This document shows positions 40,040 through 54,068 of a DNA stretch of 64,000 nt, piece by piece. The notes under the pieces were generated by a model that saw only the letters and a list, made by a program, of their open reading frames with translations, had not been told where the DNA came from and made no database searches. The stretch lies in assembly GCF_009914755.1 (NCBI RefSeq), contig NC_060927.1; one strand, 5' to 3'. The translations under genes and the position numbers were made by a program. The DNA is from the human T2T-CHM13v2.0 reference genome, Homo sapiens. Within the stretch, counting starts at the first letter, position 1; every line of letters starts with the position of its first letter.

Positions 40040-40600
40040 AAAGTCACATGGTTGCCAGAAATGGAAACCCACTCAGGCTGCCTTAAATAAGAGGAGATTC
40101 ATTTTAAAGAATCAGGAATATTTCATGTAATCTCAAGGCTCTTGAGAAACTGAAAACCAAAGGCTAACTCAGACTGAGGAAGCTATTTTCTCCATCTTGC
40201 TTTCTTCCCTTTTTGGCTGCCACATCGTCTCCTGGTCTCTCACTTTTCTCTCTCTCTACGTGTGCACATTTCCTCAAACCCAGCTTTCTCTGCCTCTTCA
40301 AAAACATGATTAAAACGTGGCTGCCTGGATGCCTTCCACTGCTTTCCAATTCTAATGCCTCCAATTAGCTAACTACCATTCCTGCATCCCAGTTCCAAAT
40401 TCCCAGGTGAGAACATCTGATTGGTTGACACCAGCCAATAGATGGACTCACCTTATTCAGCTGTCTATCCTCATCCAATCTGTTGAAGTCAGGGAGGAGT
40501 ATAATTAGGTAATGTAATCATGTCTACAAGGTCATGTTTCTTTGTGTGAGGAGAATGACAATTTCTCAGAAAACGGGGCAGCCCAAAAGTAGCCCCAAGA
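40040..40600 (-). mobile_element. Old MLT1 LTR
   Basis: ggttgccagaaatggaaaccc...gaacatctgattgg. Confidence 0.5.
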
Positions 40601-40788
40601 ATACCCTTAGATGTTAAAATGAATGTTTTGTCTCAATCGTCTGGCTTCTCTTAAACAGCTCAATGATGGGCATCTTCACTTATGCATTATGACAATCCAT
40701 CCAAAAAAGAAATGTGCACTCTAACAGCACTGCAGCCATGGGGTTACACTACTCAGATGTCCCTTCAAGAGAGATGCTGGCATCTCGA

Positions 40789-41285
40789 AGAGATACTCGC
40801 ATATTCATATTCATGTTCACTGTGCAGTAAACACGGCACAAACAGCCAAGAGATGGAAGCAATGTAAAGGCCCATCAACAGATAAATGGATAAAGAAAAT
40901 GTGGTATATACATACAACAGAATATCATTTTACCTTAAAAAGAAGAAACTCCTGTCATACATTACGACATGAAAGAAACTTGAGGATGTTATGCTAAGTG
41001 AAATAGACCAGTCACAGAAAGACAAACACCGCATGATTCCACCCATATGAGGTATCTAAAATAGTAAACTCAGAAACAGAAAGTGCAATGGTGGTTGCCA
41101 GGGGCTAGGGAGAGGGGAAAAGGAGCAGTCGTGTTCAAAGGATGTAGAGTTCCAGTTTTGCAAGATGAAAAAGTTCTAGAGATCTGATCTGTTAGACAGC
41201 AAGTTGCAAATAGTTAACCCTATTGTATGTAAACTTACAAATAGTTAAGATGGTACATTTTACGTTATAGGTTTTTGACCATAAT
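40789..41285 (+). mobile_element. L1MB-type 3' end followed by (GA)12
   Basis: atggataaagaaaatgtggtat...atgctaagtgaaata...caagatgaaaaagttctagagat. Confidence 0.8.
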
Positions 41286-41309
41286 GAGAGAGAGAGAGAG
41301 AGAGAGAGA

Positions 41310-41648
41310 TGTGGACTCAAGGAGTGCTATTAAGCTGTGAGTGTTTCAGAATCTGCACCAGTTTTCAGCCAAGACCACCCAGTTCCCAAGCACGTTCCAG
41401 CCAAGCGCTCACTAACATCAGATGCCTCTACAGCCAGTCTTCATGCCACTTCTCCCTGTGGGCTGTTCTGCAGTCTGTGGCTCTTCCTCCTTCTTTTCTC
41501 TTTACCTTTCATAGATGACAGACCTACTTCAAGGTCTGAAGCCTTTACCTGCCTGCTCCTGCCTCCTTCCTCTTTACCACTCATAGGCATTATCCCCAAT
41601 AATTCTCACACTTCTACCTGTATCTCCTTCTCAAAGAACCTGTCACAC
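41310..41648 (+). mobile_element. LTR16-type LTR fragment
   Basis: ctgtggctcttcct...aggtctgaag...ccccaataa...tccttctcaaagaacc. Confidence 0.4.
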
Positions 41649-42781
41649 ATCACTCAACAGACCTATAAGTTCTCCTATACACCCATGAGAGAAAAAGGTA
41701 TTTGTGTGCATGCACACTTGTGGCTAAGTACACTGGATGAAGCAAGCTAAACCCACACCCCAGGCAGCTTTAGCTCTTCTCTAGTCCCTTTGCACCTTTC
41801 ATATCTCTGTGTTAACACTTAGTGCACCATGTCATCATTGTTCACAAGTCCATGATCTCAACTTGAACATGCTCCTCCAAGACTAAGGGCACACCCATAT
41901 TTATTTCTGTATCCCCCAACACCTGTCAGAGTACCTGGTAGATGAGACACAAATAGCAAATATTGGAGGAAGGAAAGGGCAGGAAGAACAGAGTGAAGGA
42001 GGAAGAGTTAAAGGATGGGAACCATTTTTGGCATAACTTAGCTCACAGCTGATGTTTAAAAATGCTCTTCCACAGGCTGCATGTATACAGTAGCCTGCCC
42101 TTTTCTGTAATCCACCCAACAGTTAACAAATATATATTGAGCATTTGCTATGTGCCAGATGGAAAGATAACATGTGACTTACATATGTGGTCTCCAACCT
42201 GGGCATGGAAATACAGAGGCATTTGATTCTACCGTATGTAATGGATATCCATGTTTTCCCCTGCACGATTTGGTCAACAAAAAATCCCATGCACACGGTG
42301 CATTTTGACAAATGTGTGGAAGAGCGAGGATTATCACTCAGGAAAATGGACGTTGATGTCACTGACTGTCCTCCCAGGATGGTACTGGGAGATGTTCCAC
42401 TTAGTGACTCATGAATCATTTTCAGGTATAGCCTGAGTTTTCTCTTCACTGATTATGTTGACCTTTCTGGAGGCAAAGATTTACACTGTGAATGTATTTC
42501 CTGTTTCAAAAATCATCTGTTTGTAAATGAAATGGTGCTGTGGTGCCTCGGAGCATTCCTTTCATTTGGAAGATTATCACATTTAAGTCATTTAAGACTT
42601 TAAAAACAATTGCCACACTCTTTCAAAACCTTGGGACATTCTTCAAGAACAAATACTACTAAATACATCTCGATTTTAGCTCAATCTTTAAAATTTGTTT
42701 TGCTGATTCATCCCTGCTCTGGGTGGATTTCTGAGTTGCAGAGTGGAGTGACCAGCAAGTGATGGAGATTTCTTTAGTTCA

Positions 42782-42827
42782 GTGTCCCTTAGCAACCATA
42801 ATTTCACTTTCCTGTTGCCATAACAAC
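42782..42827. promoter_or_regulatory. Candidate enhancer module: RFX X-box / ISRE / RFX X-box
   Basis: GTGTCCCTTAGCAAC (42782-96), ATTTCACTTTCC (42801-12; rc GGAAAGTGAAAT), GTTGCCATAACAAC (42814-27); motif match only. Confidence 0.4.
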
Positions 42828-44689
42828 TATAGCATGAACATCAAGGTCATCAAGCCCACAGAGCCTCTTTCAGGAAGCCAAGTCTCTCACACTTTCCAGG
42901 CTTCTCTTCTGTTTGCTCTCACAGGAGATGTTTTATAGAAAATGGCATTTGCTCCTCCCTTTCTCCACTCCACATTACTTTAGAAAGCAATCTATTTAAA
43001 GATGCAAGATAATCCATAATAAATAAGATGCAAAGACCTCCCCTGGTAGATTGAAATAGCCACTGCAGTCACTCATTTAAACTGTGCTACATCTTCAAAT
43101 GGGTCTGTTTTAAAAGAATGAAAAGACAATATAGCAGGGGGCAGGATTTTGACATTCTCAAAGTCTTGGATTCCAGTATGACATTTGTCACTATTCTTAG
43201 TATCCAGGTTGTCTAGCTTCCAGTTTCTGGAAAAAGGGGGAGGCTGAATTTGATGATCTCCAATGTCCCTTTCAGTTCTCACATTCTGTGAATCAACATT
43301 TAACACATCAGATTTTGCAAGAGCTTGCTTTTTAGATGGTAAACCAAAAGTAGTCCCAGCATAGGCTTGTCCACCTCACCGAAAACCATCAGCTTCATGG
43401 AACAAAAGCTAATGGCCCCTCTTGATGGGGGCTTTTGTGCTCATTCCTGCATGCCAGCGGTAGAACTGGCACTCCAGAAACATTGAATCACCTCGAATAA
43501 TTATGCAGCAAGGAAACTTTCTCTTCTTTGTGTTCTCTTTAGAATTATAAATAGTCGACATTAAACATGGTTCTTCATCCCAGCTACCAGGCAAAATTCA
43601 GGGGGATTAGCTAGATATTAACATTTGAAGATAGTGTAATTTCAAAGCTCTATTAAAGCAGACAAATAAATCTCCCAGCTAAATTGTCTCTACTTTTGAC
43701 TAGGAAAGAAGAGACCACTTAGGCTCTCATAGGAGTAGGAGATACTTAGTACATTCCAAATAAATCCTACTTGCCGAGCTTTCCCAGCCATCATTGTTAA
43801 CCACAACCCTCTTCTGAAATTCTGAATGCTTGCTCACATAATGTAGCTCTCAATGTGTATCAAAGACATTTGATTTTAGGGCATGTGCACTGTACTCATT
43901 AATTGAATTGAAGTCCTCGCCTCTTTTTTTTTCACTTTTTGTCTACTGTTAACTAAGCAATAAAGTTAAAAAAAAAAAAACTTCATTAGTTAAGAACAGT
44001 TCTTTTGGTATTATGCTTAAGAGGCTGGTTTTTATTTTTTTATTTGCCAACGTCTTTATGACATTGTTACATGGTTTTTCTTCTGTTTCCAAAAAGCAGT
44101 GTCAGCTGCGGTTGATGTTTGAAATTATCATCTGCCCCTCACTGGCTCTGCCAATCCTTACTCACAAAAGAGTCATAACGCTTGCTAATCATGGCCTTCT
44201 CCCCTGGGCAGCAAGCACACCTTCAGAAGCTGCCCGAAGGGAATATGGCACCAAGAAAGCCACTTACATCTTGAAAGTTTTTTCCTGGGGAAAGGAAGGA
44301 TATTGCAAGAAAGAAAGGCTGCTTCCTGGTTGCCTTTGTTTATTTCATCAGTGTTTTCTCTGGAGGAAAAAAATGACTCTTGGCAAAGAAGGCAAGACAC
44401 CTGTGAAGTAGTCAGCGTTTCCTCCTGTAGGCATAGAGATCTGAGTAATGTGTTCCATAGAACTGGAAGAAGATGACAGACAGACAGCAGATGATCGATA
44501 TTTCATAAAAATTCTAACTAAAAGCTGATATCTTGCACATAGTGGGTATTTAATAAATTTCTCTAGAATGATTTCATGAATCTCAATGTCAGTAATTAGC
44601 ATGCAGTGGGTAGAGGTAGAGTACAACTGCAACACTAAAGGATTAAATCAAATCCATCCACTTATGGATGACCCATATAATTGCACTGC

Positions 44690-44910
44690 ACATTTATAAT
44701 TGATATGGCATTTATGTTTCTCATGGCTCTGCCACACTGTCTCACTGCCACTCATAACAGCCCCACAAGCAGAAAATTTTCCAACTCTCATTTTATAGGT
44801 GAAGAAACTGAGATGGACATTAAATAACATAATGGAAATTGTATTGCTAAGGACCTACCGAATTGTGATTTAAATTCAGTTCTACTGTTTCCCAGCACAG
44901 TGGCTTTTTC
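44690..44910 (-). mobile_element. MIR SINE
   Basis: ctcattttataggtgaagaaactgaga. Confidence 0.7.
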
Positions 44911-44967
44911 TTAAAGTGGAAGTTTGTCTACGAAATACAGTTAAGCAATTTTTTTTAAACTAACTGC

Positions 44968-45388
<421 letters not shown>

Positions 45389-46253
45389 TTAGGAATATTG
45401 GGATTCTGGGGGCCGATTTTGTGGGAGCAGAAAGCACAACAACTGTCTCCTTTCAGAAATAGTTTGATCAGAATATTGCAGCTAACAGCACTTGTTACTG
45501 CCGTTACTCCCAATTGTCATGAAAGTTCCTCCAAACATTTTCTTTATGTTTTTATCACTAGTTCAAGATTTAATGTCTCAGATGAAAGTGCCTGATTGGT
45601 TGAGCTCAAGTCACAGATCCAGCTCCTGGCCTTTCAGGAGTAGGTAGAGGCAGAATTGGTTCTCTCTTTCCCACCTCCGTGTTCCAGCTTCTGTAATAAG
45701 ACAGAAGCCCACACCCCATGGAGAAGGAGTAATTCTCTAAAAGGAAAAAAAAAAAACTGTTAGCACTAAGCTTTAGGAAGATGAATGATTATTGAGCCAA
45801 TCAAAGTCAAGTGCTTGCTATTCTAGGTTATACATAAATCTATTCTCCAAGATAATTTTACTAGGAAGTTAAAGTCTAGAAGGAGAGAGCTGGGCCACCT
45901 GCCATTACATGGATACTTCTTGGGGTCCATTAGTTAAAGTAGTGAAAACAGAAGCTAGTAGGACACATGAAACCCCACAACACCTTCCTAGCCTTGTGAG
46001 ATGTGCTGAAGTCAGAGAGGAAGACATTTTCAGTGCTCCTTAAAGAAATAAGCTTTTACAAAGGCTTGTGTTGGTTAAGCCCTGCTTAGCACTGCAACAT
46101 CTATCACAAGGCTCTCCCAGTTCAGTCCACTTCACTTCACCATAAGAAGCCACAGCTCATAACTATAGTGGGGTTCTTAATAGGAAAGAAGTGAAGACTA
46201 AACCTTCACAGGTCATTTTTCCCTCTAATTTGGAGTTTGTCATTGTGGGCCTC

Positions 46254-46386
46254 ACCCAGTGATCTAGTGAGGCCCGGATTGCACCAGCCTATCAGCTCTT
46301 CTTGCTAATGGCAGGTCCATACCCAGTGATCTAGTGAGGCCTGGATTGCACCAGCCTATCAGCTCTTCTTGCTAATGGCAGGTCCA
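46254..46386. repeat. Tandem duplication, 67-bp period, one mismatch
   Basis: 46254-46319 vs 46321-46386 differ only at ccgg/ctgg. Confidence 0.97.
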
Positions 46387-46449
46387 CTTCTTGGCTTCAG
46401 GGATATTTATCAGACGTGGAGGCATTTTGGCACCACAGTGGAGACGTAT

Positions 46450-47000
46450 TAGTTTTGCCTATCCAGCTCCCTTTGGTCTTCCTTCCAGAAATAGCATCTG
46501 AGTCTGCCAGGAAGGAAACACACCTCCTCTACTCTCAGACTACATGGTCCTGGTGGGTCTGACCACACCTTCTTTTAATCGTGGCATGGGCATGAGCAAA
46601 ACCGGACAACTGTCATCATCCTTCCCTCTGGCAATAATGATTCATTCAGGAAATGGGCATATTGTCCAAGTTGGGCCAGTGGTATTTAAGTCTGGGATTT
46701 CTGATGGAAGATTTGAAAAACAGTCGCTTTTTTACATTCAGATGACTAAAGTCTGAGGATGCTATCTCAGCTAGTGGCAATCTATTCACCATATGGTAAT
46801 AGACTGCCTCAGAATAAAGATAACAAAGAGAGGCAGAGCTGAGAGATGGAGGAAAGCAGATTTTGAAACTCCCTACTTGAGCATTAGGACACATTCATTA
46901 GTGCATCCATTCCTGAGTCTACACCTGAATTTTCAATAGTGTGAGTCAATAATTCCTTTTTCATAATAGAGCCAATTCGAGTTGTATTTCTGTCCACGCT
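46450..47000 (+). mobile_element. Old MLT1 LTR
   Basis: tgtgagtcaataattcctttt...agccaattcgagttgtatttctgtc. Confidence 0.55.
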
Positions 47001-47024
47001 TGTTCTCCACAAGTAGAAGAATGA

Positions 47025-47240
47025 CAAATTCATTCACTCATTCAGCAAATATTCACTGAGCACCTGTCACACACCAGGCCCTCTGGTAGGTACCGGGATG
47101 CTGTGATGTGCAAAACAGACATGGAGACTGGGGCTAGAGGGAGACATTAGTCAGGTAAACATACAGATAATATGCTTGGAGTGATTATGATGAATGGCAA
47201 TGAGAAATAGAGTGCTATGAGACTGTAAGGAAGGTCCCTC
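47025..47240 (-). mobile_element. L2 3' end
   Basis: ttcattcactcattcagcaaatattcactgagcacct. Confidence 0.7.
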
Positions 47241-48284
47241 TGACCATCCCTGGACACAAAAGAAAATTATGAAATGTCTGAAGTTAAAAAGAGAATGTTG
47301 ATGCTAGAGAGCAATAGAGAGTCAGCTCTAGGACAGACCAAGGGCAGTGAGAGGCAAGCCAAACCAGCTAGGTAAGTTTCATTTGAGAATCCTCCTTTTT
47401 AAGACTCCCAACATAGACCTTGGATATAGTTGAGAATAAGAAAAGTTAAGTCTTCCAGAGAAAGGAACACCGTCTACACTCTGAATAAAGACCTATCAGA
47501 CAGAAAATCCTTAGCGACCCCAAACATGGTTAAGTTTGCTCTCAAGGAAGAACTCCATGAGCATCTGCCCATTTCCTCTTGTGTCCCCAGCAAGGGGCAG
47601 GGCCCCAGTGCCTCCTGTGGGAGGCTGAAGAACCATAGAGCACTATCATTGTCCTTAACAGGCTCACAGCAATGAACAATAGGAGTAATGCATTTATCCA
47701 AGAACATAGTTGTGAAATAGACAAATCATGTTCAAGGACAGTGACTCTCAGCAGAAAGAAAGGAGACACGTGAGATTTGAAAAAGGATTCCATATCATAA
47801 ACCAAAAAAAATGACAACTATTTGGCTGGTGCAGAAACACAGAAGAAAGTGAAAAATATAGAGGAAACTCGGGTTTTAAAAAGGCCTACAAATGCCTCAT
47901 CTAGAGGAGAGACCCAGGGTAGTGATGGAAAGTAACCTTGTTGGGGACAAGGTCTTTGGGGTCAGTCCAATAGACCAGTGTCTGAATGCCAACACTGCCA
48001 CTCACAAGCTTCAAGGGACAGGACTCTGGACATATTACTTCACTTTTCTGAGCATCAGACACCACTTTTAAGTAACAGCAATATTAATACTGCCTACTTC
48101 AGTGACTAGTTCTGATGAAGAGAAAATAATTGGAAAGAACTTTGTGTTTACTGGTACACAGTAAACAAGGACTCTTAGCTATTGCCATTGCTATCATTGG
48201 CACTTTGATGGGTAGGGACTTTGATGGGTAGGGAAGGTATGGATAGATTGGGCTCTTAAGGACTAATATCACCTTAATAGCCAA

Positions 48285-48695
48285 ATAATAGTTATCTTCT
48301 ACAGAGTATTGATTGAGTGCCAGATATTATGCTGAGCTCTTTCCAACATTCGTCCTCAGTCCTTGTACAGTGAGGATGTTCTATTATAACCCCCATGTAC
48401 AGATGCCATCACTGAAGTATAAAGAAGTTAGGTTACTAGTTTAGGCTCATATAGCTGAGAAGTAGCAAAGCAGGGATTGACTCTGTACATCTAATTCAAA
48501 CTCCCCACACTTCCTCAGGTCTGTCCAAACCTAGGAATCCCCCTGGAGACTTTTTCAAAGACTTTATCTCAAGGCCCAGATCTAGAGCCTCCCATTCAGT
48601 AAGTCTGCTGGGAAGCCCAAGAATCAGTATGTTTAAAGCTCTCCAGGTGATCCTAGAGATAAAAAGAATCCAGAAACCCCAGCTGTAGAAAACCA
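48285..48695. mobile_element. MIR (-, ~48285-48495) followed by MER5-family MITE (~48500-48695)
   Basis: cccatgtacagatg...actgaag; cccaagaatcagtatgtttaaagctctccaggtgat. Confidence 0.55.
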
Positions 48696-50844
48696 AGGCC
48701 CTGGAAGAGAGTTAACTGTAGCCCCCCTCCTTCACCATGGCCTTCAGAGTAGACAGAGCCATGTCTCCCACCAATATCAAAGAATTGTTTTCCTGCAGTA
48801 CAAACTCACTTGGGACCAGGTATAACTCAGCAGGCAGGGACTCACTCCAGGTGCCAATTCTCTACATCAAAGGCAAGAGTTTTCTCTGCCCAGGCATAAG
48901 GGCCACTCAAATATTAATTTCAGTCCCATTATAAATCATGAGTTGTAGCTTGTGACCATAGTCCTTTAAAATATCTTGAGCTTCATAGACAGATGAAGTC
49001 TGTGACCTAGCTCTTCCTCCTTTCATCCCACTCTCTCATACAATGTTAGGCTACCTATTAAAAACCATCCCTTGTCCCCCAGATCATGGTCGGGCCAAGG
49101 AGATAACCAATCTTCTCCACGTGACTCAAGGCCAAAAGGTCCCATTGTGATTCTCCATGCAGGCTCAGAGCAGAGGAGTTAATGGTGTAAGTGGTCTTGT
49201 TGTATGCTTGGCACAAATTCACTGCAACAAGTAAAAGCTCTATTGATTTTTTGGAAACACTTAAAATGAACTTTGCTCTCAGCAGGCAGCTAACCAAGAC
49301 TAGAAGTTGTTCTCTATAATCTGTAAAACCAACAGAGCTGAGGGCTGTGTACATGTGGCTGTCAGCTCAGTCCAAACGAAGCAACCATTTTCACCATATG
49401 ATCCCAGCAAGTCATTAAAGGTGTGTGGCACCTATGCTTATAGATTAATAACTCAGGAAAATGCATCCAACAGCATCCAAAGTCAATGGGCACCAGGTTA
49501 ATCCAAGCCTGGACTGTCTATGCAGTGACACCACTCAGCTGCTAAATTCTTTCCCCCTTTTCTAGTATAACTTCCCAGCAGTCATTGCTGCTGCCTGCAC
49601 AGCAATAAAACTTGTTTAGACAAGCGTTTGAAGCACATTGTTCACACAACAATAGAAAGAGAGACACTGAGAAAAAGTTCCCAGCTTTGACTGATGTGTG
49701 AAACAGCCCAAGGTGACATATTATAAAATATTTAGTTGAAACAATGCATATAGCTGGAGCCCTTGAGCAAATATAAACACTAGCACCTTCGTGGCAATTT
49801 CTTCGTTATAGGCTGGTGGTTTTTCCATACTATTACTTTTGCTTCATCCTTCTTGATAGAGTACATTTTGAGACTTCCTCCACTGACATTCATGGATTTT
49901 TCATACAGATGTTTAACTCTGTTCAAGAAGCATAGGGGCAATGCCCTTTGAAGGCTCAAATGCCTTATTTTCTGCACAAGGGAAGGTTTCAGGGTAAGCA
50001 ATGCTATTTGGTGGCAATTTACTTCAATCTGTGAGATGGAGCTCTTCAGGATGTGAACAGGCAGGAAAGCAAACTGCCTTTCAGCTCTATTCCCTCCACT
50101 CCTGCCTGGAATATGTATTTAAAACAAGCCACCAGCATGTTAAATACCCCATCCCTGAATTTCAGATGAACAAGCAAAAACCATGAAAGTAAATATAAGC
50201 AGGCAAACTTAGGGGATAGCTACTATAAGATTTTTCTATCCCTATTTCTCTTTTCTCTACATAAACGTGCTAAATATAACTATGTGTCCTAAACTTACAC
50301 TTTTGTGCCATTGGGGAAATTTATTTTCTTTTAGTAAGCGTTATTTCCATATTTTTACAATCTATTCCTTGTCTCTATTTTAAGCACATTCGAGTGACAA
50401 ACATGTACTGAGCACATCCTTTGTGAAGAACACACGGCTCCTACTCATAAAAACCTAAAATCAAGGTAAAGCGTGCATCTCAGTCTTCCTTAGTTCTGCT
50501 AAAGAAGCAGCAGTCTTCAAATAATCATTTGAGTACTGCCATTTTCCAAGATATTGGGGCAACCTCCTGGTTTCTGTGTTGTTTGCTTGTCTGTCTGAGC
50601 TACTTAAGCCAACAACAATCTGTGGGTTGCAGGCAAAGATGGTCATGGGTATTAAAACCAAAATAACACAGATAGAGAAAGGAAAAGAAATGAGTAGACA
50701 GTTGATGGTCATCTCCCATGCTTCCTCCCACTTCTTTCTCTACAGGCTTCCATTTTCATTTAGAGACCCACATGGCTCTGGGAAGCTGAGCCCACCCACC
50801 CCAAGCCACACATTCCATCCACTTGGTCACAATTCAGGAGCAGG

Positions 50845-51310
50845 TAAGTATTTAAGAAAAAATGTTGGTTTGGCTATGAATGGGACAGAGAGCCAAAGTT
50901 ACCATTGGCTTAAACAAGATCAAAGCTTATTTCTCTGTCACATAAAACTCAAGTTCGTATAATGGCTATGCTCTGTGGAGTCATCAGGGGGCCACAAGCA
51001 CCTTCTATCTTGTTGCTGTTCCATTCTTAAGAGTGCTGCTCTTGTCTGTGTGGTCTCAGGATTGCTGACAACTAGGAAAGCTCCCATGTTTCCTCTTCTT
51101 TAGTTTAGGGGCAAAACACCAGAATTGCACACAATACCTTTCACTTATATCTTATTGGCTAAAACTTAGTCACATGGCCACGCTAGCAGCAAGGGAAGAT
51201 GGAAAATATAGTCTTTTTATCAGGCATTTATGTGCCTGGATAAAATTCCATTACTAGAAAAGAAGGGGATAGAAGATATGAGAGGTCAACCCAGTAGCCT
51301 CTTCCAGGCT
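50845..51310 (-). mobile_element. MLT1 LTR (H/J-like) nested in older MLT1 remnants
   Basis: ggcttaaacaagat...tatttctctgtcacataa...ttattggctaaaacttagtcacatggccac. Confidence 0.6.
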
Positions 51311-54068
51311 TGTGGCCTAGACTATTTTAGGTCCTCATGTTTTGGTTTGGTATCCTGAAAAACAGGTGCATATTCTCCCCCAGGATGTACGGTTTACTGA
51401 AGTGGGAACTTGGCCATTTTTGCAATCATAAGGAAAATAATCTTAGGATGACAAAGACAGTAGAAGCAAGTGAATCTTAGAGAAAAGGATCTGGTTATCA
51501 GGTGATATTATAAACTTCTAGATCAAACTACATCTGAAGCTCTATCTCTAGACTTTTCACGTATGCCAGCCAGTAATTCTCCTTATTTTCAAAAGCAGCT
51601 CGAACTAGGATTTTCTTACTTTCAATTGAGATATCCTAAGATATATAGAGGAAAAGGGATAGAGAAAGAGATGGGGAGAGAGACTGCAAGAGAAATAGAG
51701 GAAGATACCAGATGGCCACTAACCCAAAATTTTAACAAAAGCCAGTTTCAGACACAGGAAGGGTGTAAACTACTTACAACAGATGAGCTAAACATTAACA
51801 AAAACACAGAATGATCCAAATATTAGCAAAACTCCTTAGAACAGAGAATAGATGACAAAGAATAGCCGGTATTGAGCAGCCAAAAAGCATAATGTTTTAA
51901 ATAATTCTTTCCAAAGCTGCTCATATGAATTGAACTCTATTATCACATCACCCTCTTCTCTACTTCCTTCCATAGAGAAGAGTTTGTTGGGTGAAATAAT
52001 ACCCTTAATATAAAAGCCTCATTAGATTAGCAATTATTCTAGATCAAAGCCTTGGGTAGATGCCCCTGGCCTTGATTCTTTGACAAATTATATTGTGGTG
52101 GCCAATGTGAGGCCTTGAAAACTAGTTTTGTAATCTTCCAAGTATTTAGTCTAAGGCTCCTTCAACTCTTAGCCCTGAGGACAAGACCAAGCAATTACAA
52201 CCCTTCTGGACTTTATTTTTCCCTAAGATCATCATCAGGAATTTATTAAGCAAATTTTACAGTATAAATGCTGATGAAATAGGCACCATTTTTAGAAAAC
52301 TAGGATCTGCTTGTTTTGGTAGACATCTCACCTAAAATTCTTTCCATTTTATTGATGTCTAGACTAAGAAGATATAAGAGGAGGAGTAAGAACTGACAGT
52401 CATGTGGATTAAAGTTAGTATTCTCTTATCGCAAAAGGGTTATTCAGATTCAAAAACAAAAGTCTGACACGCCAGTGGATATTTTTATGTATTATTTTGC
52501 ATGTGAGACAGGTGGGAGATGGAGCCAGGCTGTTGAGTGCAGGTTACGGAACAAAACGCCCATTCATTCATTCCCCAAATATTGCCTCTAGCATGAACTG
52601 CTCTGGGTATTGAGGCTATGGCATTAACTAAAACAGAGTAAAACAACACTGTTCTCAGGGACCTTAGTTGGTGCTAAGGGCTAAGGAGAAGAAAATGTTG
52701 TAAGTAGTTTTGTGATAGCAGGAGAGGGGAGTCTGTTTTAAGTAGAGCAGAGAAAGGCTCCCAGAAAAGGTGACACATCCACAGTAAAGGAAGGGATGAG
52801 GGTGACACCAACAAGCCCCGCTTTTTTCCAAGATGCTTTAGCACACTCTACTTTACTTGATAAGTTAGAGCTTTGCCAATGGTTATCCTAGCACAAGGGT
52901 AAGTGGCAAGGGTATTGTTTAAGTCAATCACGATTCACTCCCCAGGCTTCAGCACGTTGCTGCCCTAGTGGTTTTTTCTGAAAAAACCATTTTTTCAGAA
53001 AAGCACCCACAAATTATGATGGTTTATTCCACCCCTGCCAGGCCAAACTCATCTAAAGTGAAATACTTTCATGATAACTGAAAAGAGTTACCATAATTGA
53101 CAAGCTTCTATGTCAGAGAGACAAAACTTGCAGGTGAGCCATAGGGCAAATGCACATTCACCCATCGGAAGAATCTAACCTTCTTTACATCATCATTTCT
53201 CAGAGGCAGATGGATAAGTGAAATCTGGCTTCTTCTTGCTGAAGGCTCTTCAAGGACATCAACCAATAAAACCACTTGACAATTCAACCAAAGCATACTG
53301 TCACTGCCCCTACATACTTCTGATCTTGCTTCACTCACCATCATAATTCAGGAGACCACTTCATAGTCTGGGGAGGTAGCACAAAATGTTCTCACATTTC
53401 AAAACCACAGATACCATGCACCTTAGCATTTAGCATAGAATGAATCCCTTTTTTCATTATTTTTCAAATTTGATTTTTTGGGTTACTATTTCTCATTCCT
53501 GGTTGGGCCAGAGAGACTCTAGAGATACATTCTACAATGAAAAACATTTTAAAATCTAACAAAAGTGCAAGACAGAGAGTTTTTTCAGTTAATTCAGGAA
53601 AAGTAGATGCTTTTTAAGAGAGCTTCTTACCAATGAAGTCATGAGGTGGTATGGTGTGTTAGAAAAGCAGAGAGCATCTGAATGCTTGAATCCTAAGCCC
53701 CATGTTTCCAGGTATAAGCCCTTAGGCATGAAGCAATTCATCTGTGTGGGGTTGAGATATTTCCTGCCAACATTATGGGTTTGGGTGGTGGGCTGGGATT
53801 GACCAAAAAACATGGTATTTTGTGTGGAAGTGCTTTTAAATAGCTACATTTTATTGTGTGACCCGTATGTGAGAGATGCTACAATGCACCCTTTACTCGC
53901 ACGTTATTTAAGCCCAAACTCTGTGGCAGGTACTGTTATCGCTATTTTATAGCTGGGGAAAATGGGTAATCAGAATAAATACACAGAAAATTATGGAGCC
54001 AGGATTCCAATTTGGATTTGTATGGCTCTTTCCACCAGTGGCTTATAATTTTCAATTCAGAATCTCAA

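Noticed and set aside
43958-43980. AATAAA followed by A13 as a processed-pseudogene end or transcript 3' end
   Set aside because: Signal-to-A-run spacing is only ~3 nt, with no TSD and no upstream mRNA-like sequence.
52957-52972. CTCF site (rc CCACTAGGGCAGC)
   Set aside because: Mismatches the conserved GGC at the 3' end of the core; too weak to call.
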